64,000 bases of DNA from Raja brachyura (taxonomy: Eukaryota). Positions 1 to 12,711 of this stretch are shown one piece after another (the first letter of the stretch is position 1; the number at the start of each line of letters is the position of its first letter). Where the stretch lies: NCBI GenBank assembly GCA_963514005.1, contig OY740788.1, forward strand, positions 45,880,001 to 45,944,000, written 5' to 3'. The notes beneath the pieces are model-generated. The model worked only from the letters and a program-made list of their open reading frames with translations, had not been told where the DNA came from and did no database searches. The position numbers and the translations under genes were made by a program.

Positions 1-591
1 AAAAATGAAATAAAACATTTAAGTTAACCAGATTCTTACAATTATTTGGTATTTATTTAAAGACATATTTTATTAGGTTTTATTGTCTGGGAGAGGGAAA
101 TTGACCACAAAAGATTATTCCCTTCGTCTCATTCATTTTATTCCTCTGTCAATACTGGTAGATGTCTGTCATCCAGCCACAGTGCATCATTGAGCAGGAT
201 GAACAGCCAGCGGTGTTGATAAATTCTTCCAAGTAGCAAAACATTAACTTAAAAAAAACAACCTTCAAGTAAATTCTTAAATATTTACTGAATTACTTTG
301 GTATTTGTAAATTTGTTTTACTACTTGGAAATTACTACATCTAATAAAAATATTATTAACAGAAAAAAAAAAATCTTAAATATTTCACTGAGGCAAATAA
401 AGATTGCAAGATAAGCATGACATTAAGAGAGACGATGAAATACCGGACTTCTTTTAAAAATTAATTCATTTCATTGATTATGCTTCTGCTACTGCGTGTG
501 GAGTTTGCCAGAGTGAGAGAGATCTTCACTTATATTATATTTTATGACGTATACTCATGTGCTGGAAGTAGTTGATATTTGCTGGGATAAT

Positions 592-704
592 GGAGATACA
601 GGAGACTGCAGATGCTGGAATCTTGCATAACAAATAAAGTGCTGGAGGAACTCAACAGGTCAGACAGCATCTGTGGATGGAAATGGATAGATGGTGTTTC
701 GGGA
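592..704. mobile_element. Penelope-like terminal fragment
   Basis: ctgcagatgctgga...gctggaggaactcaacaggtcagacagcatct matches the terminus attached to the GIY-YIG element at 17372-18114. Confidence 0.7.
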
Positions 705-845
705 CAATAGGTGCAGGAGTAGGCCATTCGGCCATTTGAGCCAGCACCGCCATTCAATGTGATCATGGCTGATCCTCCACAATCAGTATCCCGTTCCTGC
801 CTTCTCCCCATATCCCCTGACTCCGCTATCTTTAAGCGCCCTATC
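705..845 (-). mobile_element. CR1-type LINE 3' end
   Basis: caataggtgcaggagtaggccattcggcc... is the reverse complement of the CR1 3' end at about 29640-29730. Confidence 0.75.
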
Positions 846-849
846 AAAG

Positions 850-1505
850 GATCAAGGACATTTATTGTCACATACACCAATTGGTGTAGTGAAATTTGTC
901 TTGCCATGCAGCACACAGATAAAGATAAGACACAACATTAAAGAATTTAACAATAAACATAAAAAACATCCCCCCCCACAATGATTCCCATTATAAAGGA
1001 AGGCACAAAGTCCAGTCCCCATCCCCTTGTTCATCCATAGTCAGGGCTATTGAGGACTCCCCAGTCGCCGCTACGGGGTCCGATGTTACAGGCCCTTCTT
1101 CGCCAGGTGATGGTGTTCCGGCGTCGGGAGAACCCTCTCCGCGTCATGGGGTGCCTGGAACGGCCGCTTCCTTGCTGGAGACCGCGGCTTCCAACGCCAA
1201 CAGGCGGCGCTGAATCCCAGGCTCCCGACGTTAGAGTTGAAGTTCGGCGCCGCGGCACAGTCCCACAGTTCCGCAAAGTTCACCTGTGATCTCACTGGAG
1301 TTCCAGCGCGACGACCCAGGCAAGCCGAAGCCGTGGCTCTGGGCAGCCCCCCCCCCCCCCCCCCCCAAGAAATGCCGCTCCAGGCCCGCTGGAAGGGCGC
1401 GAGGACGGGTCGAAAATGCAGCCCAGAGAAAAGCTGCCTCTCCGACCAGGTAGGGGCCCCCTAGAAAGCAGTTTCCCCCTCTCTCCCCCCCCCACACACA
1501 CAATT
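850..1505 (-). mobile_element. GC-rich non-autonomous retroelement with Rex1-like 3' tail (family of 10500-11320 and 48105-48830)
   Basis: tttattgtcacatacaccaattggtgtagtgaaatttg matches the reverse complement of 11270-11310; shared architecture. Confidence 0.6.
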
Positions 1506-2832
1506 CTTCCACTTTGATTTGGATCCCTGCTATGGTACCAGATTTTTGCAAAAATAAAAATTATATTTGACCATGCCATTTCTCATTCATTTGGATATGT
1601 CTGGATCCTGTTGCTATTTAATGCTATAAAAATGAAAACCCCATCTCATGCTTACAAATGTTTCTCCACAACTCTTTTCCTTTAGTCAAACTTTCAGTCA
1701 CATCTCATAAACTGGCCTCATCATGATTACTGTGTCCCAATCAATGAAGTCCTGTGAGAGTGAGGCAGGCTTGAGGTAACCAGTGGCTGGTTCCTACTTG
1801 TGTCTGAAAGAGCTGTTGATATGGGCAGTGGCAAAACAACATGTGGTTACAGCAGCAAAAATTGAAAATGCTGGAATTGCTCAACAGACCAGAAGATATG
1901 GGGAAAGAAATGAATGTTTTTGATTTGGGTCAATGACACTACATCAGATAATCATGGATTTTTGTTTCACCTTCCATTGATGACTGGGACTGATTGGTAT
2001 TATTCTGCAGCCTTCTTCTTCACCTGAGCTTTCAAGCACTTTGTTGTTATTTCAGATTTCCAGCATCTTCGTGTTTTTTTTTCATCCCTTTTGTGATTTG
2101 ATTCCAACATTCTGCAACCTACTGTCTTGAGCAATGCTTTTACATTCCACTTCAAATAGATATGTTAATTTATTATTCATCTCCCTATGTTCAAATGGTG
2201 AGCTGCCTGAATAGCTGGAAAAAGTTTTGGATATGGAATTCTGGTTATACCCATTTATTAGTGTTAAAATTAGTTATTAGTGTGATTTTTTTTATTTTCA
2301 TTTCTACTTCTGTCTTGTTTATGCAGGCTTGGCTTATTTAACTCTGATTTGACTGGGACGTAGCCATTAATTAAACTGAAGCCTTATTCTTGTAAACCAG
2401 GACAGGAAAATGCTGGAAACTAAACTCTGTAATTGCATAACTTTGACACGTTCAACCAGAGGACCCGAATGAAGCATGATTTTATCTTTTCTTAGTGGGA
2501 GGGAATTCTGCCTCTGAGCAGTCTTATGCTCCCAACCGATTTCCCTTCCCTATTCTGTCTCACTTTGCCATTTTAATGTCCTTTCCGATTGTCCAACGCC
2601 CCACCTGCACTAGGAACATTTTGCAGTTACTGTTTAACTTAACAACTTGTGTGAATACAAGAGGCTCTCATAGTTGTATTCAGATTTCTGATTAAACTAA
2701 TCTGTAAATTTGCCTTTGAAAGCTGCAGTCATCAATTATATCATTAATTAGCAGAGATCATGTGGCATTATTAGGAGCCAAGAAGCCGGAGAAGAGCATT
2801 CGGAGGCATTTTATTTTTTAATGCACTCTTTG

Positions 2833-3865
2833 TAGCAGTGTTACAACATTTTGAGATTTTAAAAAATCAAGTTTGCAATTTATCCCATCAGATAAAGCAT
2901 AAAAATAAGTTTAATTTGACACCTAATTCACTTTCATATCTTCAGTATTAAGAAAATTATGGACATTTCCATACGCGGAAATTAGCATTTTGTTCCCCAT
3001 TGCCTTTCCATTGACTTAACTCAAAAGCTGTGATCTAGGACAGTCAAAAGCCCATAACTTTCTTAAATATTAAGAGAACTGAATGAAATTTTCAGTTATT
3101 ATAGATTGAAGCATTCTGAAACAAATATGAAACAATCTTACTTGGATGACCTGAAATTAAAGCATATAATTAGTTAGTTACTTAATTGTGGCTAATTACA
3201 AAATTCAATTACTAGATCTAAACACCTATCCATTTCTTAAGAAAAGATAAACATTTTTAAATTGCCTAAGTGTCCAAATAACATTCACACAATAATTCAC
3301 AATATAACATGATTTTTAAATCTCATTTGCATGAATTTATTGGCCAAATAGAAGGAATTTAGTGTTTAATTACCCTCAATCAATGGCCATTTAAATCAAC
3401 TTGCGAGTGGGTTTTAGTGGAACACAGTGGATTGGAACGTTGCGGGTTGCTGTGAATTTAACCCACAGTCAGCAGGAAAAAACTGCTGGTTCATATATAT
3501 TTTTTGTCTCCTTTTCGCAACATGAAAATTTGATTAAAGGCTTCCTAAGAAGCACGTTTTTATGTAAAAATAAACTGTGTACCTTCTTTTATCCCCTACG
3601 TAAAATCCTTCCCGTTGTCGGTGCTCATGGCTTTAGAAGATGATTTTTAAATTACTCTAGCTAATAAATGATCTAGCGTAGTTTAAAAATACCATCATAA
3701 AACAAATGTTGGAGCGATTTCTCTTTAGCAACAAAATCCCCTGAGATGGATCGATTTGCCCTGTCTGGAGAAAAACAGCATTTTAACCCCCCCCCCCCCC
3801 ACACTGAAAGGCGCCAAAGTGGCAGAACTACAGCGCCGTTCAAGGTAAGTTTTGTAACATACCTA
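2833..3865 (-). mobile_element. Non-autonomous DNA transposon, TAG...CTA termini, 7-bp TSD CTCTTTG (probably hAT superfamily)
   Basis: Imperfect TIR tagcagtgttacaa / ttgtaacataccta; CTCTTTG at 2826-2832 and 3866-3872; inverted homologue at 56668-61458. Confidence 0.85.
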
Positions 3866-3997
3866 CTCTTTGCTAATCCCCCTCCAACTTCGGTGTTCCA
3901 CTACCCGGCCTTTGTTTGTGATAGCATTTTCTAAATTGTCTGAATTGTCCACTTGTCTGGATACTGCTGCTCCAACAGCTCGCAGGAAGTTCAACCC

Positions 3998-4306
3998 ACA
4001 GTGGCACAGCCGGTAGGAGCTGCCTTAGCGCCAGTGACCCAGATTCAATCTGACCTAGGGTGGTGTATGTGCGCAGTTTGCACTTCTCTCTGTAACTGCA
4101 TGGGTTTATCCAAATGCTCCAGTTTCCTCCCACGACCTGAAGGCGTGTTGCTTTGTAGGTTAATTGGCCTCTGTAAATTGTCCACCTAGTGTGTAGGAAT
4201 TGGAAAGTGGTTAACATTGAACTAATGTGAATTGGTGAACGATGGTCGGCTTGGACTCAGTGGAGCAAAGGGCGAGTTTCCATGTAGTATTTCTAAATTA
4301 AACTAC
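3998..4306 (+). mobile_element. tRNA-derived V-SINE (HE1-like)
   Basis: tRNA-like head, V-domain-like tgctccagtttcctcccac, (ctaaa)n tail; paralogues at 27.9, 38.8 and 44.4 kb. Confidence 0.8.
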
Positions 4307-4743
4307 ACCCATGCAACCTTGGATATTAACATCGAAGCCTGTTTGATTGGCTCCTGTCCGCATTAATTCCCTTCACTACCAGTGCACGATGGTTGCAGTA
4401 TTGAACCACCATATACAAAATGTGCTGATTGATCACCTAGGCAACCTCAACAGTATCTCTCAAATCTGTGATCTCCACCCATAACAGCGAGGACTTCAAC
4501 ATGGAACACCACCTCCTGCAAATACCTGTGATCCTGACTTGGGAATATATTATCTTTCCTCGTTGGTGCGGATTCTAAATCCTGGCTCGATCCCCAACAA
4601 CATTGTGAGTGTGCATTCAGCTGAAGGATTGTTGCAGCTCAAGAAAGCAGTTTACTGCCATTTTGTCAAAGAGAATTAGGAAAAGGCAATACATGCTGGG
4701 CTCTTGAGCAACACAACAGAGTGATCCTAAAAAATGCAAGCCT

Positions 4744-5295
4744 AAGGGCCCTTTCCCACTTGGGCCGTCATTTACATGACAGGCCAGTGGTGACGGTCGC
4801 GCAACGTTCCCGTGCGTCTTCATGCGCCCGCACAGCCGTCTGGAGCATGTGACGTCATTTGAAGATGGACACAACATGCAGGAGCAACACAGCGGGATCG
4901 GCAGCATCTCTGGAGAGAAGGTATGGATGATGTTTCGGGTTGAGAACCTTCATTAGTCTGAAGGAAGGGTCTTGACCCAAAATGTCACCCATTTCTTCTC
5001 TCCAGGGATGCTGCATTTTGTGTCTATCTTCAATCTTCTTGGCCCTGCTCTGGGAGAAGGAGTGGGGGCGGATCCGGATCCGCAATGGCCGTGAGTCCCA
5101 GGCTGAGTTCGACGATCGTTTGCCTGCTTCTGCTGCTGTTGGAGGTGAGACATTGCGTCGCGCCAGGGTCTTGGGCCTGTCCCACTTTGGCCGTCAGTTA
5201 CGCGACAGGCCGGTGGTGGGCGAAGATTTAGTGCACGACAAAGTCCACACTCCTCCACGCCACTCCACACTCCTCCTCACCACTCCGTCATCATG
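4744..5295. mobile_element. MITE-like element (GGGCCTGTCCCACTT-type end, possibly PIF/Harbinger) containing a palindromic Penelope-terminus cassette (about 4862-5032)
   Basis: aagggccctttcccactt at 4744 and gggcctgtcccactt at 5173; internal inverted repeat aagatggacacaa...ttgtgtctatctt. Confidence 0.55.
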
Positions 5296-8200
5296 AAAAT
5301 CAGTATACAGAAATATCAGATACAGGCAAGATCAAACAATATCGAATATATTCATATTATTTTGAATGTTGAAAATTTTGGTGTCAATATGTTGTTAGAC
5401 TGGCGCTATAGAATTTAAAATTTAGTAAAACTAGTTCACTTTCATCTGTATGTGTTGAAGAAATAATGTTTGTCTTTTAGTTTTCCTTCTATTTAACTGT
5501 CAGACGTTTCCAAATCTATTCAGATGTGTTTCCACAAGTTTTCTTTGTATCATAAACATTCTACGATGATGGCCCTTTTCTTTATTTTTGTGAACATCAA
5601 TAACATTCACAGGTTAGGCAGGGTTCCGTGCGAGTGTTGATATTTTGAGTTTGTGGCCTTTGGGACAGATTAAGCTGGATATAGAAATGCGTGATATGTG
5701 CATTTGTCTCTGATAATTGTAAATATGTATTTTATCAAAAGAGCACAATGTCATACAAGAGATTATAGCAAACTCCAAATAACTCTGAATAACTTTTAAC
5801 TGGTTGATGGAAATTCTGACTGTTTTATAGTTTCCAAAAAGAAATGCCATTGTAATTGCACTATGATAATAATGATAAATATTGGAAGTAATATGGTTAT
5901 GACCATATAATAGGTTACAGACGAAGTGTTGGTAAATAGGATTAGTGTTGATTTGTACTCTAGGCTGGCATAGTGGACCAAAAGGCATGATTCTTTGAGA
6001 TATGTTGATGGGAGGAAAATAATTGATAAAGATAGAAAGTACAGTATATTTAAAAAAATCTAATAATATCACAGGTCAATAAATATTTTAAAAGATTGTT
6101 TACAGCTGTGATTGTAGGAGTGAACTAATATCAACACCAGCCATTCCCAGAATCTAGTTGCAGAGAATCACTGAACAAAAGTTGCTTGTGTTATTTCCTC
6201 CCACATATAGTTTAATATCTCTGATACCAATAATAATTTGGTATAGATCAAATGATACTGCTGCATCATGCAGAACATCAACACATTTTGTGGAACAGTG
6301 ATGTGAAAATAATGAAAATCTAATATATCAACCAATCAGACAAATTGCACCAGGAATAAACTCTCTGGCATTTTCTTTGTATATTTGCCACAAAGTACTT
6401 AACATGCCTACTGGAGGACATTTGTGAATTGCTAGATTACAGATTTTAATGTACTATTATAATTGCATTATCAGCTGGTGTGGCGGTAAAGCTTGCTTCA
6501 TCTACATTCTGACTTTCCAAGCCAACAGTGACACTTCATCAATATTTAAAATATAAATAGACCTTGTATACCAATCTACAGTGCAAATAACATGACCAGT
6601 TTACTTAGAACAGAAAGTCTTTTCAGATCTCTTTCACATTTTTCCTTGTTTGGTCAAAAATAAATCCCTTGAAGCAATAGTTTTTGTATTGCATATTAGG
6701 ATCATAATATGATTATGAGCAGCAAAGCCATTTTTATATTCCAGACTGAAAAGCTAAAGCCATTATCAGTAATTGAAGGGTCACTATGATTGTCTTTTTA
6801 GAATCTATTTATACCTCTCTCTAACTTTGACAGGTGACCTTGCTCCAGAAAATACTTCGATGATTGAGATCAATGCAGCAGCCTCTGATCGATTTAGAGG
6901 CAAAGCAAAATGCTGCACTGTCCTGGTGCTCCCTATGCAATGTTTCAACCTCAGTGACTGCCTACCCAATTCTTCCTGCACCCCCCTTATAATTGGCATA
7001 TTAAACCAAAAAGTCAATTATTTTTCACTCATTCTTTGCTTTATGCCTTGATCTTGGAAACAAAGCACTGAAATTGATGATGTCTGCAGATTCCCAGCTG
7101 TCATGAGCAAAGCTCGTCATGCTTGACTTTCTCATCAGCCACTTGAGACATTCCTTATGTGACCCCCTGTAATTAAGTCCTACTTTCTGACAGGAGAGAG
7201 GACATGAAAACCTTACTCCTGCTGGCTTGGAGTGGTATTTTGTTTTATTCTTTCATCTACTTTTACTGTGCCTGTACGGTTGCAGTATTTCATAAACAGA
7301 AGATTGGACAGAAGATTCCAGGGGTCCTTGAGGGTTTACGTCCCCCAGAACTAGACTGAGCTCGGACTGTTAATATATGGTGTGCATATGACCCTCGGTC
7401 ATTTTCAGTTGCATTTTTTTTTTTAATTAAATGAAGGGGGGTGTCATATTCCTCCACAAATCCAAATTCAGTTGGCATCATTGTCCAACAAAAAAGCCGA
7501 ATGTATTTGCAGATTTTTAAAAAAAAATTTGAAAACGATGTGCACAGAATTGACATTTGTTGTGATGATTACATTAAAGAGTTGCTCAATAACAAGGGCA
7601 ATTAAAGAACTACAGCTTTCATGTACATTTTATTTTATCCTCTATATTGGAACATAATATTTCCTTCCCCCTCAATGGCACTGGTTGGATAATTTGCCTT
7701 GTGCATTAATGAATGAGACTGCATTTCTTGTTCAGCTGTGTACTTATCAGATTCTGCAGAATGCAATAACAGTCTAGTTAGATAACTGACCCTTTCCCTG
7801 ACAGGGAAGCAATGCCACTGTCATAGGGCATTCAAATGACAAATGCTAGAGTTAGTTCAGAGCTGAGAATGCACTCTGCTATCAGTGCAAAGAATATTTA
7901 TAATTTTTTTTAAATTTAAACGTGTGAACATATGAATTAGCAGCAAGAGCAGCCTACTTGACAACTCTTCCCCACCCTCGCCCTCCCTTCTTAGGATTGC
8001 TTCCCTATTCAAGAAGCTATTGGCAGGTCTAATTGTACCCTCGACTACCCATTCCTGTCTACCCTGTAACGTTTCACCACACTCAACAATGTGTGCGCCC
8101 CAGCTTTGACTAGTCAATGACTCTACTTTGAACGAGTGCTTCAAAGACTCAGAAACCTGTGAGGGAGACAAATTTCATCTTATTTTATATATCTCTATGT

Positions 8201-10504
8201 CAATGCTGACTTGACACTGCCAGCACCTTGTATGTTTCAGTTAAGTCCCTTCTCCCTCGTCTGAGCTCCAGCACTACCCTGTCCTACCTTTCCGCATTAG
8301 ACGGCTCATCCATTTTAGATATCAGCCTAATGTTGTTTTTCTGATCCTTCCCAATTCCCAACATTGTAAATATGCGGAATAATAAAAACACTGCAGATGC
8401 CCCTCTATAATAGAAGCATAATCTCACAAATTTTGTATTCAGTTATTCTCACAGTATACTGTACAATAACACTGGATCTTGCTAATTACTTGCTGCACCT
8501 TTTGTGCATTGTTTGATGGATCACAAGGATCCCTTTGCCTCTCAGAGTTCTGCAGTCTCTCACCAACTGTACTCTCCACAACTTATTTTCTTGCACACTT
8601 TTAGATCATTTGCAAATATAGCAACCATGCTTTCAATGCCTTGTAAAGAAACTTGATTGATTGGTATAACCATGAACTAAATTGATGTGCATTATTGCTT
8701 GTGATTTACACAGGAGCAGTAGCAGTAGTAACCTGGTCAAAGGTTATGAGTTCCTATGGAAATTGCAATGTGTAAGAATAAAATCCCATTGTACAATGTT
8801 GCCCGCAGTGATAAGAATTCACATGTCTGTCAATAAACCCATTGCAAAGTTGTATGAATGTAGTGTTGACTGTTTATTCAATCTTAAATGTCTATTTGCT
8901 TGATATACCAGATTTGCTTTATATACCTCTAAATACTTCAGAATACGCTTGTGATTAATAGTTCTATTGATTAACTATCTGAAAAAGAACACTTCACAGC
9001 AGGTTTTCAACCGGTTTAAGGCAACTGTTTATGCACAGTTTTCAAACTCAAAAGTAATGGCAAGAGCTAGTATTGGGAAAGAAAGTAAAACAATTCCAAC
9101 CAGAAAATTTATAGTTGCCAATTAACCAACAAATCTTTGGTACGTGGGAGGAAATGAGAGCAAACCCGTATGGTTACCAGAAGAACATACAAACTCCTGA
9201 GTCAGGATTGAGTCTTGATGGGAGAATGCCTCCGTGCTCTCTATGTATTATGGTACTTTGTCACAGATACTGAGGTACAGTGAAATTCATTTTTGTACAC
9301 AATACAGGATAAGTATCACTATACATAAGCATTTAGATGCATATTAGATACGCATCTCAAATGCAGTATAAGAGGAAAAGCAGTAGTACACTGAGACAAT
9401 ATACAGAGTTGCCAGTTTGTCACCATTTTCAAGTCCCAGTTGTTGTGAATGCAGCAATCGTGACCTGACCATGAAGGTCTGTTGTCCTGGTGGCGTTGCA
9501 GGGTCGGCCTGGCTAAGTGTAGCCATTAGTGTCCTCCATGGGATGACTACAGTAACAAAATAGTGAACACTTGCTCACAGACCTTTTGTGAGTATTTGAG
9601 CAGCAACTGCTGTATTTATCCTGTTGGACCACTTCCAACATATTGTCCTTTGCAGCTTGCACCAGAATGGTTGTTCACTCAATCAGATTGAAGGAAATAT
9701 ACACTGTTACAAATAAGCCCAAGAAATGGGTCATATATAGTGCCAGTCTTTAGGCAATAATTACACAAAATTAAATAATGCACAGAGCAGCAAGTATTTC
9801 CAGGTGAAACTGGGTGAAGGCCAAGAGACCTGCTGTGGCAACAGAAAACGAAGGTTGGCACAATATGCTTATCATGGGCAAGAGGGAGAATCCCCATACA
9901 ATAAAACGCTCATTACAGTCTGATTGAATGAAGCTCTGCTACAATTATTAGAATAGCTTATGACCAAATTGGTGGAAGAATGCCTTAAAGAGCCCAGACT
10001 TCATAAAAAATATATTTTTATGTGAAGATCTCCACTCTTCAGGTATACAAATGGTGTTCGGTTCTCCCTGACCAATCGTGAATCGAGAAACTTCCTTTCA
10101 CATTGCTTTATTGTGTGGGATTCTCAGTCTTGCCAATGTGGCTACCTAATGCCAAACTCTGCTCTCTGTAACCTTGGATAGATATAGGCCTTCACCCCAG
10201 CACAGTTGGCCTAATTCCTGCCCTGTGTCTCGTTGAGCAGAAGTTGCCCCTTTCTCCAGCGTTATAGGCATTGCTGCAGCCTGCCTACTATGGGCAGTGT
10301 ATTGTTAAGGACAGGCACCCTTCTCTGTACAGCAAAGTAACAGGCAATTGGCAAAATTGGATTAAGTCCTATTATCAATCCACAAGTTGTGCATTTGAGA
10401 TTGAGTCCGTGTGTAAATCGTTCTTACACAGTTATGCATGGATCCTACATTTTTATTTTACTCTCGCTTCTCATCTGCTCTGTAAAGTAGTGCAGAAATA
10501 TATA

Positions 10505-11320
10505 GTCTGTATGGCGCGGCGGCCTCGCCAGCAGTCTGTTTGTCATTTTACCCTTTTTGTTATTTTTAGTCTGTTTAAAGTATGTTTTTGGAGGTTTCTT
10601 AGTCTTTTTTATGTGGGGGAGGTGAGGGGGGAAGAGGGGAAACTTGTTTCCCAGTTACTTCCTGGTCGAGGATGTGTCTTCTCTCCGAGTCGCATCTTCG
10701 CGCCCCTCCCCCCCGCGGCCAACCATCTGGATTGGTGTGACCTTTCCTGTCGGAGTCCGGCCAGAGCTTCAGTTGCATTGCAGCACTGAATTCCTTCGTG
10801 GAGTGGGCGATGCCTTACCGGGGATCGCCGTGTTGGAGCTCTGGAGTGTTGGGCCTGCTGTTTAATACCGTGGAGCTGTTTGCGGAGTTTCTAGCCGCAG
10901 GCAGGGCTGAATTTAACACCGCGGAGTCCTCGGATCCTTTGCCGAGGGTCGCCAGTGTTGGAGCTCCACCCAGCTCGAAAATGACGGTCTCTGGTAAGAA
11001 GTGGACGATTCGGAAACTCCAAGCTGCAAGTGTGTTCTTCCGCTCCGATGCTGAAGTTCCGATCATCCCAGCGAGAGGGCCTGAAGTTCGGGGTGTCGTA
11101 GCGGCGACTGCAGAGGTCTCAAAGGCCCCGACCACGGGTGAACAAAGAGGAAGATGACTGAAATTTATTGCCTTCCCTCACAGTGGGAAACCTTGATTCC
11201 GCTGTATGGGGATGTTCATGTTAAATTCTGTCGTGTATTGTGTTCTTTTTATTCGTATAGCTCTATGGTAACTCAAATCTCACTGCACCAATTGGTGCAT
11301 GTGACAATAACTTGAACTAA
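10505..11320 (+). mobile_element. GC-rich non-autonomous retroelement with Rex1-like tail (gtgacaataacttgaact)
   Basis: Homologous to 850-1505 and 48105-48830; CpG-rich core; no recognisable ORF. Confidence 0.6.
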
Positions 11321-11892
11321 AGATTTTTGTTCTTAGTTTCTACTTGCTCTTTTATCCCTCTCTTTTGCTATCCTATTTTAACATTTCTGTACAAGTTTTT
11401 TACCAATCGATAAAATCTAATTTCCAGTATCCTTGTTTCTACTTATTGATTTGAACTTTACTACCTGGCACTGGAGTCGCCTAGATTTGGTTAGCGAAAT
11501 CTCTTTTAATTCTTTAAATATATACAATGGATAAATGGCATAATTTTGAGAAAAACATCATGGACATATACAATTTCAGCCAAACCTTATGACCCTTGTA
11601 AAAGAAGACAGTTCATATTGTTTTCAAGCTTTGCAAGATTTTTGCAAGATGGGTGCAATGTGATTGACGTGTTGGTTTACAAAATGGCTGATGAGCCATA
11701 AAGTAATTCATTAAATAAGGAATATTTTGGAGGCATTTCTGAGAAATGACACAAAATATAAAGTAAAAACATATAAGTGTGAATGGTCTCACGTTGAGTT
11801 GTACTAACAGCCCACAGCAATTGCAACTAGACTGTAATTGGTTTGATTTAATTCAATCAAGGCATAATCAATAGAAACCAATAACTATAGTA

Positions 11893-12020
11893 TGTATAAG
11901 AAGGAACTGCAGATGCTGGTTTAAACTGAAGATAAACACAAAAAGCTGGAGTAATTCAGCGGGACAGGCAGCATCTCTGAAGGGAAGGAATGGGTGACAT
12001 TTCGGGTTGAGACCCTTCTA
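11893..12020 (-). mobile_element. Penelope terminal fragment truncated within the hammerhead core
   Basis: aaggaactgcagatgctgg...tttcgggttgagacccttct. Confidence 0.75.
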
Positions 12021-12662
12021 TAGTATTTCAGTCTCATTTGACAGACCCTGTTAAGTTTTTGGGTAGATTGTGTTTCAGTAACAATTAACTAGTTCATCAT
12101 GCCAGCCAAAGCTGATCTATTTTAGCAAAGAACATGCCGGGTGAGGTTTTATTTGTTAATCTTGGAAAACTGTTAGTTGCATATCATTTTCAGGTGTTGT
12201 AGTTCAGTTTATGTTGTAGAATACCTGCAGCCAAGGACACGTTAGGAGGCAAACTGTGTAAGGTGTGCATGTAATCCTATTGCCTGGCCACCAATTATAA
12301 CACAGTGCCTGTTCTCAGTCCTATTAACTCATAACTATTTTACAGTTGCCTTGCAGTGTAAGAGTGTAATTTGTATAATACCAGGCAACAGAATTTGGAA
12401 AGTTTCTCCCTAGGGCTGGATTCAAACCAAGGTCAAAAAAAGTGAAAGAGCTTATATATTAATGCACTGAATTGCCCTGTTCTGCATTATGTTTGTTTTG
12501 ACACTAATCCAAGTCTTCTGTCAAAGATCAAAACTAAATGGCCCTTGTATTGTACTCTATTGTGCAGACGGCTTCATAATGAGTTTCAGTAGTTTATGTG
12601 GAGAGCAGACTATAATGTGTTTTTCAGAAAATGCTAAATTCTCATATTTTTCATTTAAATAG

Positions 12663-12711
12663 CTCTTTCGGGAAGTAAGGATTATGAAAATTTTGAATCA
12701 TCCCAATATAG
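12663..12711 (+). CDS. MARK1: MARK1 coding exon (kinase domain, LFREVRIMKILNHPNI), 49 nt; first MARK1 exon found in the window
   Basis: tttaaatag| acceptor, |gtaaga donor; peptide matches the MARK-family alphaC region. Confidence 0.95.

Noticed and set aside
5614-6072. 152-aa minus-strand ORF
   Set aside because: AT-rich, I/Y/N-biased composition, no domain or splice support.
6700-7200. Possible conserved non-coding element or cryptic exon (acag|gtgacc...)
   Set aside because: Cannot be supported without alignments; no MARK-like peptide.
10271-11157. ORFs of 172, 119 and 106 aa
   Set aside because: They overlap a GC-rich repeat and show no recognisable domain; chance ORFs.
1-12662. MARK1 N-terminal exons (GxGxxG loop, VAVKIIDK)
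   Set aside because: No matching peptide with splice sites found by eye; probably upstream of the window.
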